A stretch of DNA of 64,000 nt from Sphagnum compactum (Eukaryota), in the NCBI GenBank assembly GCA_965153455.1, contig OZ234493.1:23364213-23428212 (forward strand). The letters run 5' to 3'. Every line of letters starts with the position of its first letter. Position 1 is the first letter of the stretch. Under the pieces are notes generated by a model that saw only the letters and a list, made by a program, of their open reading frames with translations, was not told the origin of the DNA and ran no database searches. Positions 25,400-40,549 of the stretch are shown here, one piece after another. The translations under genes and the position numbers were made by a program.

Positions 25400-26225
25400 A
25401 AGGAACCGAACTCCATGTGGTCACCACCGAGCATTCCTTCATTACCCTCCCTACCATTTGCCAAATTACAAAAGACTCTCCGCCACATCTATATTCCAAA
25501 AAAGATACTGTCAGCAACAGCAAGAAGAGAAAGCGTACCAGAAAGTGGCAGGCCAGTGACAAGGAAAACGCGAATAAAAACCGCCCCGGCGCAAACGGAT
25601 GATCCCATGAGAGCAACAGAAGGAGGAGAGACGCAAACAGCAGCAGCAGCAGCGACATCAACAACAGAAGCAACAGAAGAAGAAGAAGAAGAAGCCGCCA
25701 CGCCTCTCATCATCATCTGTTCCGTTCCATCACGCTACTACTATAATCATCATCATCATCGACGCGCCGGTGATTTCCTTGTTTCACAATTTCGTTGGTT
25801 TGTTGCCAATGCGAGCGAAACATTGAAAACAACCAATCTGAAAAAAAATAACACCAACAACCAAACTCGTTGCAGGTTCACAACAACAGTTCACACCAAC
25901 AACAACAACAACCAAAAACAAAATCGAAATAAGAGCAACAACAAACAAAACAAAACAAACAAACAAACGAACGAACGAAAAGCCGGGCGTGTGATTTAGG
26001 GTTTGGCGTGTACCCGATGAGGAGGAGGAGCAGCAGCAGCAGCAGCAATGATGCAGCGAAAGTAGGAGTACGTTAACTGCGTACCTATGGTCTTGTGTTT
26101 TGGTCTTTTGTTTGCTTGTTTTGAAGGAAGGAAAGAAAGAAGGGTCAGAAATTGGAGGCTGGACCGGGGGGGGGGGGGGAGAACAGTGTTTTGTTTTTGT
26201 GTGGGAATATAGGCTATATATACCT
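25400..26225 (-). promoter_or_regulatory. Probable promoter and first non-coding exon region of the RING gene
   Basis: CpG-richer island with (CAG)n, (GAA)n and (AAC)n tracts, telo-box near 25996, minus-strand donor AG|GTACGC near 26085, TATA-like run near 26215. Link to the RING gene is inferred from position and orientation. Confidence 0.45.
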
Positions 26226-26384
26226 ACAAATCTATATAATCCATTAATCCTGGAATCACGGCAAGAAATGATATGCCATTAATAAATTTTATTTTTTTAA
26301 ACTGCCTATTTATTGTGTAAATGGCTCTACACTTTATGGCAGGTGCCAGCAAAAGCATGAGAGATAACCAAACTGTGTGACTCA

Positions 26385-26626
26385 TGCTGCATTCACACTT
26401 GATGTTAAGTCCAAAGTTAAATGAAAAATTTAGGTGACTAAATTTTAGGTGACATCTAATAATATTAAATGGGCAAAAAGTTTAATGTTAAGTGAATGTT
26501 AGCTTAACATAAAAAATTTCATAACATAAATTTTTTTTCATGATAACTAGGTTTAAGTTTTAAATGGCTAGCATGGTGTTAGGGGACTCAAAACTAGAGT
26601 CCCTAACACCAAGTGTGAACACACCT
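26385..26626. mobile_element. MITE, PIF/Harbinger (Tourist)-like
   Basis: Imperfect ~22-bp TIRs (GCTGCATTCACACTTGATGTTA / TAACACCAAGTGTGAACACACC), 3-bp TCA flank on both sides, and a second partial copy near 36062-36223. Confidence 0.75.
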
Positions 26627-26994
26627 TCAGTTTACTTACGTAGCCTGTGATTTGAATGTCAAATGAATTTGATTAAAAATAAAAATTAACCTTTTACCCT
26701 AAATAAAATAAAATAAAATAAATAATGATTTTTATTACTATTAAAAAAAGTAGTCTAGAGTCTAGAGAGTACACAACTAGGTGTTGAACTAGGAATGAGT
26801 TTCTCCTTCTTCTTCTTTTTTTTTTGTGTGTGTTTTTATTGTTCAAACCACAATCATAGGTAGATGGGTTGTTGACTTCTCATGTGACTTCAATCTCACC
26901 ATTTTGTATCCAGGCTTTTTAGGTAACTGATATAAACCTGCCAAAACTTTATTGCAATAGAAAATGCTATGAGACGTACCATGATAAAAGCCTA

Positions 26995-27246
26995 AGGTCA
27001 GTTTCCACATTGACAAAAATGAATAATTATTTTTTTTCAAAAAATGAATTCGAAATTTTTAATTTTTAATTATATATAAATATATAGATATATATATTTC
27101 GAGTATCTACTTATAATATTGTGATATGAGTTAGTGAAATTTATTCACATTGTAGCCTATGATAATTATGATGATTTTCAACATGTCAGTTTTTCACAAA
27201 ACTTCATTTCACTATTTTGAGGATTATTTAATGACGAAACTGACCT
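26995..27246. mobile_element. MITE family 2, copy 1
   Basis: TIRs AGGTCAGTTTC / GAAACTGACCT; homologous along its length to 34923-35158. Confidence 0.8.
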
Positions 27247-27704
27247 TTTGAGGATAAAGGTAGTAGAAAATAAAAAGAGGGAAAATAAAAGGACACAAGT
27301 CGTATGAAAATTCTGCCCATTTTCAGAGGATTTAATTTCCACAGCAATTTTTTTTTTTCTGACAATTGGATTCTCTAAGGGTTGGTTATACGAGTAGTCA
27401 GTCCTCTTTGATCAATGGCTCCAGGACTGGGGTATTCGCGCAAAACGAGGGGGGCGGGGGGCTTGGCACAAGGCAGCTGGGCTTGGGGCCTGAAATTTTG
27501 GGAACCCCACTTTTCCCATGGCTTTTGGAATTAATAAGAGCAAGTCGCTGAACAAAATATTGGCCTTATTCTGCCTCGTAAAGCGTGTAATTGGAGGACA
27601 CTTTTCCTTTCCCACAGTCTTTAAGGGTGTTTCAAAAAAATGGAATACGCGCCCTTTTTCTTCTTTGTGATATCCCTACCTATTCATGGTACTTATTCTG
27701 TTTC

Positions 27705-28140
27705 ATATTAATTAGTTGGGGGGTGCCTCACAAGTCCAACTTTTTTAAAGTGAGGTGCTATTGGGAAAGCCCCTGGGGAACACATTGGGAATCTGATAAG
27801 AACCCATTGGGAACATGGAGTGCCTTCCCCTTTGGCCCACCTATATAGGTGAGAAGGGGGAGGACTTTGGGCAAAACATATGGGATTGAAGCCAGGTGCT
27901 ATTAGGAATACCCTTGGGGAACACATTGGGAACCCATTGGGAACTTCAAAGGGAACATGTCGAGAACAAAGGAAAAATGAAAAACAATCCTCCCCCGACC
28001 TCACCTAAAACTTAAAAGAAACAAAATCAAGGCACTTTGAGTGCACGCTGAGCCTTCCCCCATTGATTGCATGAAATTTTTCTATTTCCAAAACCGTTCG
28101 TCACCATTTTTGGCCTGGGCTCATACCCCCAATTATAAAC
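27705..28140. repeat. Interspersed repeat with internal GGGAACACATTGGGAAC / GAACCCATTGGGAAC subrepeats
   Basis: A ~40-bp block at 27753-27792 is repeated at 27894-27932, with several TTGGGAAC motifs and no credible ORF. Boundaries approximate. Confidence 0.6.
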
Positions 28141-29924
28141 TGAGTGTATTTTTATCATGTTTAACGGACTTGTTGTTTCATGTTTTGCCACGTGACATTT
28201 AAACCTCAATAATAAATCCCCATTTTTAAAGTGAGTCCTGTGATAGAGAAGAAAAACAGTTTTGGAGATGCAACTTATATGCTACAATAATTTATTTGAC
28301 CACTTTTTTGGGCTTTCTGGAAATTTGGAATAGAGAGGTAATTTGGGATCATAGCAAGGATTTTGTTAATGATTTACGAAGGTTGCCACAATGGCTTTTT
28401 CTTTGCCTGGTCACTAGGGTGGGTGCCCACTCTATTATTTTTCTTGTGGCTTTTATTGGCTACTAGATAGTCACAAAAGGAAGGTTAGTTCTGGCTACCA
28501 GAGTGTTTAGGCCTCCTTTTTGTTGTTGGCCACTTAAAACTTTGCAACGTGGGAAATTTTGGCTATTTTGAAAATTTTAGAGGGGTGCTATTTGATTACT
28601 TTGGAATTCTAAGGGGTGTTAAATTCTAATTGGCTACTAGGCATGCTTCAGCAACTTGCACCTTGGCATTGTGTAATTTTATGCTGAAAACAATCTGCAA
28701 ACTCTAAAGTCTAAGTTGTAGAGTTGAAACTTGAGAGGATCGATAAAAATTCCAAAAAACACACCACATACATGGTACAAACCCCATATACACACAACTA
28801 ACCTTCAAAGACCACACTACCCATAAGCAAATGGCCTCCTCACAAACATACCCACATTAGACAAACAAATCAAACATGTCAATCCATGCCCACCCATCCA
28901 AAAGTTTACCACGTTTTAGCATTTTTCATTCAAAAAAGTGATTTATATAACAAGTATGATAGGTATGTAATAAGTTGAAATCTTGATGACATCTTGCAAA
29001 AATCTTAAACATGAGAAAAAAAGCTTTAGAATGCGCATGACAACATTTTTGTTCAAAGCTCATTTTGAATTAAAGTTAAGTTCGATCCAATGGTTACATG
29101 AAGAGGATTGAATAAAATCAATATGCATAAAATATATAATGTACATGTAACTTTTTCAATGGTCATAAGGTCTCATGTTTATGGTTCATAATCCACTACC
29201 AAATGAAAGAAAAATGAAAAGATAATACAATCCCACCTATAAAATCTCCTTGTTTTTCTTAAGGTAATGGTTTTCCCCCGCAGAAAGATATTATTATGCA
29301 ATTAATGCTCAAAAAAAGTCAAAAAAACATGTTTTGAATGGATTTTCAAGAAATTTTTTAAAACTTTTGAATGATCTTAGATTTAGTTGATGTATATCAA
29401 TATCATTCATCAAACAAATTCATTACAAAACTCAACCCATAACCTTAGTTTTGAAAAATATTTGTAATTTTTCATATTTTATGATGTATTTATTTGAACA
29501 CAAATGTATTTCATATGTTTAAGTTTGTAAATATGTTCTTTTAAAATAAACTAGTTTAAGTCTAAAGCTAACCAAATATATTTGAAATGAATAAAAATAA
29601 TCCAAGATGTGATGTTCACATGTACCAAAAAAACCAAATGTAATTTTGTTTTGTGTTTATGATTATAATTTTTGGGAAGTGTAATGTGTTTTCACCCCAA
29701 TGTCATAGATAGCTAAGGCAACAAAAACCTAAAGATTCAAAGATGCATAAACCTTATTGCCCCACCCCGAACAACTCCAAGATAATGCAAATTTATTACC
29801 AAATTCCATGTTTAATGTCAAGTTGCAAACCTTGCAACAAAATAACATGAACCATGATGAATGAACAACACATAAAACTAGGATCAAAACTTAATTCCTA
29901 GGCCTCAACTACTTTACAAGCTTT

Positions 29925-31690
29925 TTTTTTTTTCCAAACTATAATGGCTTCGTCATATGGGAAGTTTTCCAAAATAAAGAAGGTTTGTGAAAACATATTA
30001 ACACACAAATCTAAATGTGTGTTCCATCAATTATGCACTTTATTTTTTATTAAAACAAATGTGTTAAAACATTGTTCATCATTTAGAAACCCAATAACCT
30101 AGACCATACAAATTTCAACAAATTTAAACCATTCAAACATTTTCTAGGTTAGAATTTCACCAGCTTCAAGTTGTAACCATGGTCACCAGAGGGGGTTTAC
30201 AATCCTTCTTACCCAATTGTTATGATCTCTACAACATTATTGTTCATGGTTTGAATGAATATATGCACCTACTTGTCCAAGGCCATGCCCTCCAACATAA
30301 CATCACACCATATTTCTATGGACCCAAAAGTATTGGGCAAAGCAAGATGTTTTTTTAAAGTGGGTAGGTGATGCCTGAAATTTGACTCAACATCATGTTT
30401 CACCTAGTAGTGTGGGTGCACAATTCCCATGGTCATCATGAGTTCACAATCAAGGAATTAAATGTAGCAATTCATGATAAAGTTGAGATCCTACCTTAGA
30501 ACATTCTACCTTGATAGTTTCCAAATTTTGTTCCCACAACATAGGAAATATTTGATTCCATTTTCCTTGTATGTAGATCATCAACATGTAGCCATGCCAA
30601 CTCAATACCCACATGAAATGCACACCACATAAAATCATTGCTGCCCATAATAATGGTGGACTTTCATTGAAGTTGATCAACTTGTTGAAGACGACAGAAA
30701 CGTCATCTTTGAATGCAATATCAACTGCACTGTAATAGTGCCATATATAAACTTGCACCAATTTCACAACTTTAATAAAATCCACAACATAAATGTCTTG
30801 AGCTTGAACTATCTTATAAACCCATGGAACAACTCAAACAAGGGCAAGAAACAATGGAAGCCAAGCAAAATCCAAACATCAAGCAATGCAGTGACATTGG
30901 CATTGGCAACATCACATGCATCTTGATTTGCCCACATTTGCATATTGAGGAGTTTGTATGTTACCAACACACTCTTCGCAAGAGATAACATTGACAATCA
31001 TCATGTTTTCACATTTTGAAGGATTTTCAAACCCTTCACATCCAACAAAGAAGCCAACCTTTCAAGCTTGAAAGCTTTCTTACCATTTTTTAAAAAAAAA
31101 CTAATATACCCTACAAGGAGTTTATCAAATTTTCCACCAATGATTGGGTGGAAAAAAATTTCATAGCGAAGTTTGTTATATGTGTAATATAATGGACAAG
31201 GACATGTTTGATTTGAGTGGTGATGCCATTGCGCACATTAGTAAACACAAAACTTGTTAGTCCAAATGACACCAACTTCCTACCCATAACCTCTTCATTC
31301 ATACCCTTGAAACTCAACATAACATGTAATAACACTTGGGTGAGATTTGTTGTAATTGTATTTATTGTCACCTTTTCAAGGGTGAGCATAATGGGCATTC
31401 GCTTCCATTTTCAAGCACATATGCATTGATCTTGATCTAATTAATGTTGTCAATTGCAAAAACCTCATCAATAGAGATGGAGATGTATTTGGCAACACTT
31501 AAAACCTCCCTCATGTTGCACTCCACAATTTCACACAAAATCATACCATGTCCCACCTTGAAAAATCAATAGAAAACATTTGTTTTTGAATTTCAAAAAC
31601 ATGACCAAGTCCTTCAAGCTTTCATATTCTATCATGGACCGACCTTGACTCAAAACGTGAAAGCATGCAAAATGCAAATTGGACCTGGGG
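29925..31690 (-). mobile_element. Decayed hAT-superfamily transposase (ZNF862-like) remnant
   Basis: Ordered minus-strand fragments with stops and frameshifts: KYISISIDEVFAIDN (first catalytic Asp region), PIMLTLEKV...KLVSFG...GITTQIK, SMLSLAKSVL...LLDVWILLG, and FVEICMV*VIGFLNDEQCFNTFVLIKNKVHN*WNTHLDLCVNMFSQ...NFPYDEAI (hAT dimerisation region, S..ER.FS-type motif). Confidence 0.85.
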
Positions 31691-34600
31691 GGTGGGACAC
31701 TCTAGTTAAAAAAAATAAAAAATGCATTAGTAAAAATATAGGGTGCAATATATTGGTTGTTGGATAAAATTTAGAAGTTAATTAGTTTTTAAATAGGGTA
31801 CATTTTATTCAAATAATCAATTTAATTATAATATAATGTATGTAATAATTTGAAATAATGGATTATAATTAATATGGGGTGGATTTAATATGTATATATT
31901 AAAAAATAGATAATAATAAGGTGATAAAAAATAGGTTGGACAATTATCTAATACCCCCCCTAAAAATGATCATTTGACACACATAAATCCCAAACTTTAC
32001 ACTAACTATCCCCTTTGGGAAATTGGATTTTCTTAAATTTTCCCTCTCCTTCATTACTAACACATACATGCTAGAAGACATTCACTAATTGAGATTGAAA
32101 GGTAAACAACTTCTCATTTTTTTGGTGGATGTTAATACTTTCAAAATAAATTATGCCTGAAGGCTAACTAAGGCTATCCACCAAAAATGAGCCATAATGC
32201 TTGTACAACCCATCAAATTTAGGTGACAAAATTTGTCACACCTTTGTATTTGCTACACACTTTGTAATTGACTTGTGAAATCATACCATTTAAGCGTATC
32301 ATAGATTCTACTTAGGGGAGCTTTGTAGCCTAAATGTCTTGGAAGTTTTTCATACTCCTTTTTGTTTACAAATTTCTCTTGCTAGGAAGGTTTAGATGAA
32401 AAAGAAGAGGTGTGGCTTTAACAACTTTTACAACAATAAAGTTGTGGCTAAATGTTGCAACAAGAAAAGGAACATATGAACCAAAAAATATCTTCCATTT
32501 AAAATTGGAAGGTGGGACAAGTAATGCCATGATGGTAGAAATAGACAAGGAAAAACCTTAGAGGATAGACACAAGAAGAACACAAAAGAAAGCTTTTGAA
32601 ACTTAAGCTTCAATGCATAAGGCCCAAGCCCTAAAGAAAAACATAAATGTAAAGACTAATGTGATTCTAAAATTAAACCTTCAACATGAGTGTTGAAATT
32701 CAAACTATAAAATTAAGGTGCAAAGTTTGAGAATTTAAATACTTCTAATAAATAAATGTCTCATGACTCATAGGCTGGGAAGATTGCTTGTGCATGAAAA
32801 TAAAACTTGAGCTTGGAGCTTTGAACTTGTAGCTTAAAGCTTAATGTGATTTTAATCCACCTACATGGATGAATGTGTCCATAGATGAATGATTACATAT
32901 GGATGAATTTTCCTACGTGTTGAATTAAGTAAATAAATCATTGGATGAAATTCATCCATGATTGTAAAATAAATAAATAAATAAATAATCATTTATATCC
33001 GTCTTCATTTGTTGTCCAATTATAAAAATTTCAAACTTAAATGTCATTTAATAATGATGGATAATATAACAAATTTTGTTTAAAAAATCATTTTCGTCAA
33101 CAATGTTAAACAAATTAAAAAATATTGTCATGGCATGAATGTTACCCCCCCCCCCCCCCCCCAATTGTTGTTGACAACATTACATATGGGTGCCTCGAAA
33201 ATTAGGGCACCTTGAAAATAAATAATTATTAAAAACAACCCCATTGTTGTCTATGATAGTAGGTTGTTTGAAGAAAGCTCATTAAAGTGCTTGAAATTGA
33301 ATTTTAATTTATTAAAAAAACCCATTGTTATCAATGATAATATGTAGTTTAAAAATATTTAAAGCATTCAAAACCCATCATTGTCAACAACATTAGTTAG
33401 ATTATGTGAAAGTTGTGTCACCTTTGAAAAGAATGAAAACAATCCCCCGTTGTGATCCACAATGTTTATAAATAAGTTTGAGGGGGAGTTGTGGGCACCT
33501 TTGGAGAGGATTAGTTTGCCCCAAAAAATGAAAAAAGAAATTATTTTGATTTTTTTTTAAAAAACAACAACCATGGGGTGGATGTTAACATGATAATACG
33601 GTTATAGTTTTAAAATTGAAAATAATGGCATTTGAAACCATAGCCATCAAATACATTTATAATGGAATTTACATTACATTAGTTAAAATATCATATAAAA
33701 TTAAATTATGTTTCATGAAGCTTTAATTAATTAAAATTAGGGAAAAAAAGTTTCATTGATAAGAATTTAATGTTAAAATAAAACACGCATCCATAATGAG
33801 GATGAATGCTTACATTCATCCTTATGTTTATTTTTAAGTTTACATGTATGACATTCATTTTGTGATTAAATTCTTGGATTTTACTTGTATGTGTATAAGG
33901 GAAAAGACATTTTATCATCTCAAGTTCCAACTTAGGCTCTAGGCTCATGCAATAGCTTGCCTCCATACGTTGGTTCCATTGTAATTGCAACATAGGAATC
34001 AAGGCTCAAACAATGAACTTTATTGTGAGTTGCCATGTGAAAATGAAAATTACAATGCAATTCCGTTGGATTTCTTGCATACATTGTGACACCAACTAGC
34101 TATGTAAGAACCACCACTATTTTGACCTTATGAATCTTTGAGGGCTTGAAACTTGAAGTGCACAAATCCAACACACATTAATTAAACCTTCATAAAACAA
34201 CTTTCCTTTTTGTCCTTCATAATCTTTTAAAAACTTGAAACGCATCCATCTTAAGCACACACATAAACTCAATACCCCAAACCTCCATCATTGAAGAAAT
34301 TGTTGGAAATGCAAAAGTTACATGAATTACCAAAGAATTGAAGAGGAGACTAGCGACGAAGAGGAACATAAAGAGGGAACTAGAGTGGCAAGGAGGACAA
34401 ATAAAAGGAGCATGGTGATAACAAATTGTCCAAAGTGAGAGGGGAAGAGTTGGCTTCCCTAATATTTATATTTTTAGTTTTGAAGATTATCTCATTTCAG
34501 ATTACTTCATTTCCTTTATTCATTACAATTTGTATAGCTTAACTTGGGATTAATAATGCATTAAATCAACATGTGTGTAGGAGAGAAAAGAGATTCATAA

Positions 34601-34922
34601 CAATAGAGTATATCTTTGAAATAATAGGAATATATAGATCATTCACCTTCCTTTACCTACTTGTAGAGTTTTAAGTCCAAAGCATTTAGATTTCTAAGCT
34701 AGTTTTAAGTTATTGAATATATTATACATAGTTGTGTTTAGTATCACATATCTCTGTCCCTAAGGTGCACCTTATTTCTAAGGTTAAGGTGTTATAGACC
34801 CAAATGAATGTGTAATCCTTGTCTAAGGCCATGCCACAATAAATTGGGATAGCAACCCAATACTAGACATGTCCATGTTTTGGATGGACTTTGGAGGCCT
34901 GATGGGCACCATAAGACAACTA

Positions 34923-35158
34923 GGGTCAGTTTCCACATTGACACAATGAATAATTATTTTTTTCAAAAATTTCATTCGTTTTTAAAATTCGAAATAATCT
35001 AATTTTCCATGATCTATTATGATATTGTCACATGAGTAATGAAATTATTCAGAATGTAGCCTATGATAATTATGATGATTTTCAGCATATCAAGTTTATG
35101 ATTTTTCACAAAAATTCATTTCACTATTTTGAGGATTATTTAACGACGAAACCGACCT
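34923..35158. mobile_element. MITE family 2, copy 2
   Basis: TIRs GGGTCAGTTTC / GAAACCGACCT flanked by TA on both sides; homologous to 26995-27246. Confidence 0.8.
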
Positions 35159-36061
35159 TAGGGTAAGGTTACAGGTAACCACAAGCTTTGAGTAATTATC
35201 TAAGCTTTGGGAATCCTTTTGTTGGGTTGGGAAATTTTACTTTCCACGAAAAGGGATTTTATGGGCTGGAGGCTTCTTTAGAACCTTTACTCAAGCACTC
35301 TTTGTCAACCAAATTTTGCCCATATAAAAAGCCCAACCATGAGCTCTACCTTTGTGGTTAGGGGCATGGCTGCATCTGACAAACTATTGACTTAGACAAA
35401 GGGTCCAATTTTTTGTGCTGTGTGTTGAAGATCCCTTAGGGTCTAATCTTTGGTTTTTTCCATGTCTCAACCATCCATGGATTTTTCCTTGAACCATGCT
35501 TTTGTGGGCAACCCTTTGAATGTTCCTTGATTAGAAAACCTTTTGGGGTTTCCATGGAGCCTTCAAATTTTGGGCGTTAGAGTTATCCATTAAGAGTCCC
35601 AAACTGGGGGTACTAGTACCCAGTTTTGCCAAAATTGAGGATGACACTAAAAGTCAGGATGAAAACAGGAGAAAAAGAGGGGACCAAACTGTTCTTTTCA
35701 CCTAAATTGGTCTTCACAGGAGTTTCACCATACCTGCACCATCACTTCTGTTCTTTGATGTATTTTGTGTTGTGAATTTTTTGCCATTTAGCAAAAGATA
35801 TTTAGGAAAAAGCATAACATGTCACAAATTCTCTGTTTTTTGGGGGAATTTTTTGGTCAAAACACCAATTTTTATTTTTATTTTTTAAATTCCAAAATTT
35901 GCCAGGGTGCTTAAGATTTTTCTACTTTCATATTTTCAATATTGCCAAATTTGATTAAATATTCTTACGGATGATTGCCACTTGAGCAACATCACAAAAT
36001 TGAAAAAACAAAACACAACTCCTGCTCATAATCTTTCATTCAATCAAGTCTTATCAGAATA

Positions 36062-36223
36062 CTTAAGTGACACGTAATGTTAAATAAGTGATAGTTTAAT
36101 GTTAAGTGAATTTTAACTTAACATAAAATTTTCATGGTAACTAGGTTTAAGTACTAAATGACTAACATGATGTTAGGCCCGGACTCAACACTAGAATCCC
36201 TAACACCAAGTGTGAATGCACCA
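36062..36223. mobile_element. 5'-truncated copy of the 26385-26626 MITE
   Basis: Shares TTTAATGTTAAGTGAAT...TAACTAGGTTTAAGT...CCCTAACACCAAGTGTGAATGCACCA; only the right TIR is recognisable. Confidence 0.7.
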
Positions 36224-39200
36224 TAACTTTGTTGGGTTTCCACATCATTTTGTGGCATGTTTTCTATGGTTTCCCGACATTTTGATTGATCACCTAGTAG
36301 GCTTTTGGGTCTCCCCTTTGAATCCAATCAAACTAATATGATATCCACCAAAATAAAATAAAATAAAATAAATAATTTTTAATTAAAAAAAAAAACCTAA
36401 TATGATATCCTACCTCACACAAGTGGACAAAAGTTTAAACTAGCTGCTAGTTGCACATGCTCACAATGGGCCTCAATCAGCCTACACTGACACCTGCCAC
36501 ACTCCTATGAAGAATTTGCCTTAGTCCCTTCCAAGTGGGGCCGCCTCCACATGGGAGGATGGCCTAGGACCACAATCAAGCTACCTTACTATCAGTAACA
36601 GCCAGGACATGGATGAATGAGCCATTTCGATTCCAATGCTTTTATACAAGAACCTCATGAACCCCTCCCATCACATATCATCATATGTACAGATGTCTCT
36701 AGTATGAAGAATCAATTGTTGGGAACCCAAAGAAATGCAACTCAAAAGCTTTGGAATTATTCATATGTAGCTAATATATAATCAATTCAAGGAAAATTCG
36801 AAACAATATTATGCTAATTTAGTACTTTGGAGGATCGATTATACATTATGGTTTGAATTGCTCACCAACCCCATACTACTTCAAGGGAAAATATTGAAAC
36901 CAAAGTGCAAAATATGTTGTAGAAAACATATGTTGCCCAATGTGTTGCTCTTGAAACCAAAAAGGCTATATATGTCAAGTAGTATTTCCTAGTACAATTT
37001 TTCTTTCACTAAAGCCAAGTTGAAGAACTTTGTTGCATCAAAGTTTCTTGTCTTGACAATAAGTAATTAAGTGATTAGAAAGCATATGGAAGACAAAGTT
37101 ATAGGGTAGAGAGGTCGGTCGTAGTACATTTAAAAATTAAGATGAACCATGTGATCGAACCAGACCTTGGTTGATTCTGGGGTCCTAAGATGGATTGTAG
37201 AAGAGATCATTGCGCATCTATTGCCTTTTAAATCGCTCAATTTGGTGGGTAGATGCAAAAGATATGGCTTTTGGTAGCTCTCAGCCTCATTGCCTCAAAA
37301 CCAATTTTTACCAATCAACTTTTGGACCTATCCTCAAGCAATGCAAACCTGGTAAATGTGCACATACAACATCTAACACATGTTAACAATTCATCCCATC
37401 ACCAAACATTCTCATCTTCAAACCGATCAGCATCCTTTGGAAGGACGGACACCTTTATTCAATGGTTGAGATTAACATTCAAAATATGGCAACAAATTAT
37501 TTTGTGATTGATACCCTAATCATTTGTTAAACCTTAAAACTTGATTGCTCTCCCATGTGACACTACTTCTGAACCCTAACCCTTTCCTTCGAGCCTTTCC
37601 TCTCTCCTCCCATTCCCTTTTGTTGCATATTTTCTTAGAGTGAAAGGAATAACGCTACATTGCAACAACATGGTGAAAAAATGATAAATTTGGATTCAAT
37701 GATAATCATAATGTTATGAATCAATAGTGTATGTTGTAGATTCAACATTTATTGTGAACATAGAATATTTTAAACTTGCCTTGAATGAACAACCACTAAG
37801 GATTCAAAACCATTATTGAAGTTTATCCTATCAATATTATTTTGAAATTAGGAGAAAAAGCAACATGAATTTGAAGATTCCTTGAGATTATAGATTGCAA
37901 AGTTGAATTCATGATAAAGGAAAGTATCCCATTCAACATGTCATTCTTTTTGCTTGCCATAGATTTTAGGTTAAACAACATAAGATGACCTTGTCACTTA
38001 TTCCACCTCACCATTTGTTTTAAAATTTGTGTGTAGTTTTTTGTTTATGTTCCCAAAAGAGTATGAGTTTATATTAATAGCATTAAGTTTTTTTTGCTAA
38101 CTTGATCTTTAATCATGGAAGGAGAGCATATTTCAAGGTCTACCCAGATAGTGCCAATATTAAATGAAGACAAAGATGTTTGGATGGTTTCTTCAAGAAC
38201 CAAACCCCTAACCTTGCTGCAAATATTGCATGTCAAGGCTTCATGAACTTCACTAGCTTGCTTCTCTTTCTTTTTTGTTTTTCTAATTAATTGCTTATCA
38301 CTAAACTTTTATTTCCACACCAAACATGGGGCCCCTACAAAATTGGCCCAGTTTTTCCCTATAACCAAACATTGAAAATATTCCATGTTTCCCCCTTTCC
38401 CTAATGAAATTTAACTAATCATCTATCACCAAACGAGTCCCTTGTAAATTTATTCAAATTTTTTACAAACATGGCCACGAAAATCCTAATATCAAACACT
38501 TAAAGTTGATGAACGATCAGTAATATGAAAAATTTAGAACAAAATTATTTGAACCAAGCGTTTGGTGATAGGCTAAAAGGCAAATGCCCATAAAAACTAT
38601 TATGTTTGCACATAGGCCCACTATCACACTAGACGGATGCTCGATCACTGATTTGTGTTTGGTGATGGGCCTCTCTACCCTAGTTCAAGAATCCAACTTT
38701 AGAAAACACTCATGCTTTTTGAAAATGAAGTTGTCCATCCAATGAAGAACTACTAGGCTTGTTATGACTATAGCTCCATTATTTAATTCTCATTGTTTTA
38801 AAAGAATGAGCTATTGTTATGTATAAAACTTATTTCCATAAAAAAGGACAGAAAGAAGTTGGTGCCTAACGATTAGGTATTTTTCCATGCACATATTTAA
38901 TAGGAGGTCACATTACCCCAAAATGTGTCCTAGTTCACTCTGAATTTCACTAGATTTTTAGTGAATTTGGACATTTTTACCTGGTGAAATTGATTAATCC
39001 GCTAGTGAATGGGGACCAGTTGTTACAGACAATGAATTGTTTCACTAATACCTAATGAAACAAGTTACTTTCGAAGGAAATACAAATTTACCAAGCCATT
39101 CACTTGCTAGTTAATTAATTAACCAACATGGAAATCAATTAAAATTAAATGATTTAATATATAATATCATTGATAATTTCATGATTTTCAGCCTATGATT

Positions 39201-40549
39201 TATTAACACGTGTCACTACCTAGGCTAGGTTAAAAACCTAACCTATGTAGGTAGGCCAAGTAATCAACCTAGGCATCTATTCTAAGGAACTAGATAGGAG
39301 AATATTTGATTAACTTACCACACACAACACCACTTATGAGGTTTGATCCCTTCACTTTTAAAATTGAGGCAAACATCTTTACCACCAAGCCATCCCACTT
39401 GTTGTGATACCACTTGTTGTGATAATATGCTACAATACATTCTATTTATCAAATACTTCATTTTGAACATTACAAAAACATAAACTTTGAAAATTCATAT
39501 CTTAATGAGATTTTGAGGTGCCTTATTTGCATAAAGCACTCACTCTTGGGGGTTTACTCCATATACCTAATTTCTTTGTTATTGAGTTACCCATTTTGAG
39601 GAGGTCAATAAACCAGCTAGGCCACAGGGTGTCGCCGTCCAGCAGAGAGCCAATAAAGTTTGATATAGTTAGTTTACAAGACTCAAAATGACATTTACAT
39701 AATATCCAAATTATTTTAAAATATTTTTATTAATTTAACAGGACATCATTTTACCTATTGGCATACAACAATTCACTACAACTATAATAATGTAAAATTA
39801 AAAAAAATATCCAAAGTTGTCCTTTGCAATCTTTTAAATACATGTCATTCTTTTGTGGTACCCCAATCATGAATACACTTGATTAATATGTCCTTGGATT
39901 GTGACTTGAATCTAAACTAGCAACTTGATTATGAACATTTTTGTCAAATTATGTTTTGATAAATAATTTGTCCATTGATAATAATGAACTTTTGAAGTTT
40001 GAAAATATGGAATGGTCATTTGGTTGTAACAATAGAAAATGGATAAATTCATATTGATTTTCATTTTAATTTCTTGTTAGTGACTTAATATGTGTTGTAA
40101 TATGAAATGATAGATTCATATTAAGAACCCTTTCCTTATTAGCCTTAGCCAAATCGTAGTTTTGGACTTTTGAATGGTTAGAATTGGACCATATTTTCAT
40201 AAGTCCATATGAATTACAATTTTTAATTTTTTTTCAATTTTTTTCCCCCAAACCATATGTTTTGGAAAACTTTACTTGGGGCATTGTTCACATGGACTTT
40301 GTGGGTTTTCTTTTTAGGACTTCAAAATTGAAATATGGTATTAACATCTTTTGATGTAAGTTTTGACCTAGAGGTTTGTGAACGTTCATAGGTGGGCAAA
40401 CATTTATTAGTCAAATATTACAATAACAACATTTAAGAAAATAACAAGCATGTCCATCTAAACATTTTTTATGGACTTTGTATGGACTTGTATGGAATGT
40501 CAATTTTGCGATTTTTGAGCCATTGTATTATGCATTCATCCACATTATA

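Noticed and set aside
25245..25999. 142-202 aa ORFs on both strands
   Set aside because: Products of trinucleotide and A-rich tracts in a UTR/promoter island; low-complexity translations.
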